DNA of 64,000 nucleotides from an uncultured Actinomycetota bacterium (lineage in GTDB: Bacteria; Actinomycetota; Actinomycetes; JACCUZ01): assembly GCA_963746175.1 (NCBI GenBank), contig CAVVAH010000004.1, positions 511,567 to 575,566 of the forward strand, in the 5' to 3' direction. The first letter of the stretch is position 1; every line of letters begins with the position of its first letter. Under the pieces are notes generated by a model, which was not told the DNA's origin, did no database searches, and was given only the letters and a program-made list of their open reading frames with translations. The position numbers and the translations under genes were made by a program. Shown piece by piece: positions 61,432 to 64,000 of the stretch.

Positions 61432-62667
61432 TCAGGCCTCGGCGAGGACGAACACGTCGCCGCGGGTCACCGGGACGGTGGTGCCGTCGGCCTGGATGCC
61501 GTCGATCTCGACCTCCGGGCTGCCGACGACGACGTCGACGTGGGTCGGTGAGGAGTTCATGCCCGCCTCACGCAGCTCGTCCGGCGACATCTCCAGGCCG
61601 CGTTCGAAGCCGACCGGGAAGCCGGCGCCCCACGCCACGTGCGAGCCGATGTTCTCGTCGTAGAGCATGTCGCCGTACGTGAGGTTCGTGCGCCGGACTG
61701 CCGAGTCGCCGTCGACGATCGCGATCTCGCCGAGGTGCCGGGCGTTGGGCACGCTGTCCATCTGCTTCTGCACCACCTCCTCGCCGCGGGTCGCCGTCGC
61801 CCCCTTGACGGTGCCGTCGGCGAGCTCGAGCTCGAGCCCTTCGACGAGCACGTTGAGGCCGGGGACGTAGAACGGTGCCGTGGTGCGGGCGAAGCCGTCC
61901 GCCCGCCGCCAGTCCGGGGAGATGAAGACCTCCTCGGTCGGCAGGTTCGGGACGAACTCGGTGCCGGCGGCGTTCGTCGTCGAGCCGCCCATCCAGCGCG
62001 CCGTCGGCGGTAGCCCGACCGTGAGGTCGGTGCCCGGGCCGCGGTAGCGGATCCGGTCGAAGCGGCGGGAGTTGAGCATCTCCCGACGGACGTGCAGCTT
62101 CTCGAGATGGTCACGCCAGGACTGCACCGGGTCGGCCTCGTGCAGCCGGGTGGCGATGGCCACAGCGTCCCAGAGCCGCGCCACGTCCGGGGTGCCGAGC
62201 ACGCTCTCGGCCCAGCCGGCGTTCGGCGCGCCGACGACGGTCCAGGCGACCGTGTTGGTGGCGACGATCGGCATGACCTCGCGCATCAGCTCGACCGGCT
62301 GCATCTTCACCAACCGGTCCGGGTCGAGCCCCTCCATCATCCGGGGGTTGGGGTTGCCCGTCAGCGAGATGACCGCCGGCCGGTCCTCCTTCCAGGCCCG
62401 GACGCCCTCCAGCTCGTGCGGCAGGCTCTTCCCGAGCATGTCGTCGGGCTGGAGCTCGGCCGCAGCACGGTTCAGGTGCTGGTCGCGGTACTCCATCGTC
62501 ACCATGCTCGCGCCGACCCGGTAGGCCTCCTTCGCGATCGCCCGCGCCACCGGTGCGTGCTCGACCTGCGCGATGACGACGACCCGCTGGCCGGGCTGGA
62601 CGTTGACGCCCACCCGCACCACCAGGCGTGCGTAGGCCTCGATCAGGTGGTCGTACGGCTCAGACAT
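61432..62667 (-). CDS. Aminopeptidase, M29 (AmpT/PepS) family
   Basis: PNLPTEEVF, HLGEIAIV, LYDENIGSHVAWG, NSSPTHVDVVVG. Confidence 0.92.
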   Translation of the reverse strand: MSEPYDHLIEAYARLVVRVGVNVQPGQRVVVIAQVEHAPVARAIAKEAYRVGASMVTMEYRDQHLNRAAAELQPDDMLGKSLPHELEGVRAWKEDRPAVISLTGNPNPRMMEGLDPDRLVKMQPVELMREVMPIVATNTVAWTVVGAPNAGWAESVLGTPDVARLWDAVAIATRLHEADPVQSWRDHLEKLHVRREMLNSRRFDRIRYRGPGTDLTVGLPPTARWMGGSTTNAAGTEFVPNLPTEEVFISPDWRRADGFARTTAPFYVPGLNVLVEGLELELADGTVKGATATRGEEVVQKQMDSVPNARHLGEIAIVDGDSAVRRTNLTYGDMLYDENIGSHVAWGAGFPVGFERGLEMSPDELREAGMNSSPTHVDVVVGSPEVEIDGIQADGTTVPVTRGDVFVLAEA

Positions 62668-62770
62668 GCGGGCTCCCGAGGACTCGTGGCGGACCGACGG
62701 CCACCGTACAACGTGGCAGCACTAGCGCCGATCGGCGCTAGCCGTAGGTCGGCAGGTCCGGGAACGCCGA

Positions 62771-62800
62771 CGGGCGGCCCTCCGTGAGGAGGACCGCCCG
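62771..62800 (-). terminator. Hairpin downstream of groEL
   Basis: CGGGCGGCCCTCC-N4-GGAGGACCGCCCG. Confidence 0.7.
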
Positions 62801-62836
62801 CCGGGACGTGCTGCGGTGCTGGTCGTGCGGTGGGGA

Positions 62837-64000
<1,164 letters not shown>

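Overview
This 64-kb window comes from a very high-GC actinobacterium; the genus cannot be determined from the sequence alone. All annotation is by eye from motifs and recalled family knowledge, with no database searches run. Left part (1-20 kb): the conserved rex-hemA-hemC-hemD operon with a Rex operator, then a sigma-BldN/RsbN-like ECF sigma and anti-sigma pair, an acyltransferase, an epimerase, ribosomal protein bS22, a BdtA/Rv0500A-like DNA-binding protein and acuC. A secreted M36 metallopeptidase and a GGDEF-EAL protein appear to be inserted into this block. Candidate sigma-BldN promoters precede rsbN and the M36 gene, and a BldD-like box precedes bldN. Middle (20-40 kb): a MacAB-like exporter, a cold-shock-domain protein, an unusual HAD phosphatase-LarE fusion and two paralogous sulfotransferases. 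The normally adjacent helicase-associated (WYL) gene and XPB helicase gene are split by an accessory block. That block encodes two paralogous large secreted proteins with a near-identical 5' leader and basic Cx8C repeat modules; the first has a +1 frameshift. Right part (40-64 kb): an AAC(2')-like acetyltransferase, PadR/HAAS/SIMPL genes, an acyl-CoA synthetase, a HelD-family ATPase, LtrA, an orphan WXG100 protein, a four-gene ABC system with two giant FtsX-like permeases, a desaturase, a NUDIX hydrolase, an M29 aminopeptidase and the 3' part of groEL. Intergenic spaces carry several unrelated families of 50-75 bp palindromic REP/MITE-like elements. I saw no rRNA, tRNA, CRISPR array, integrase or transposase.
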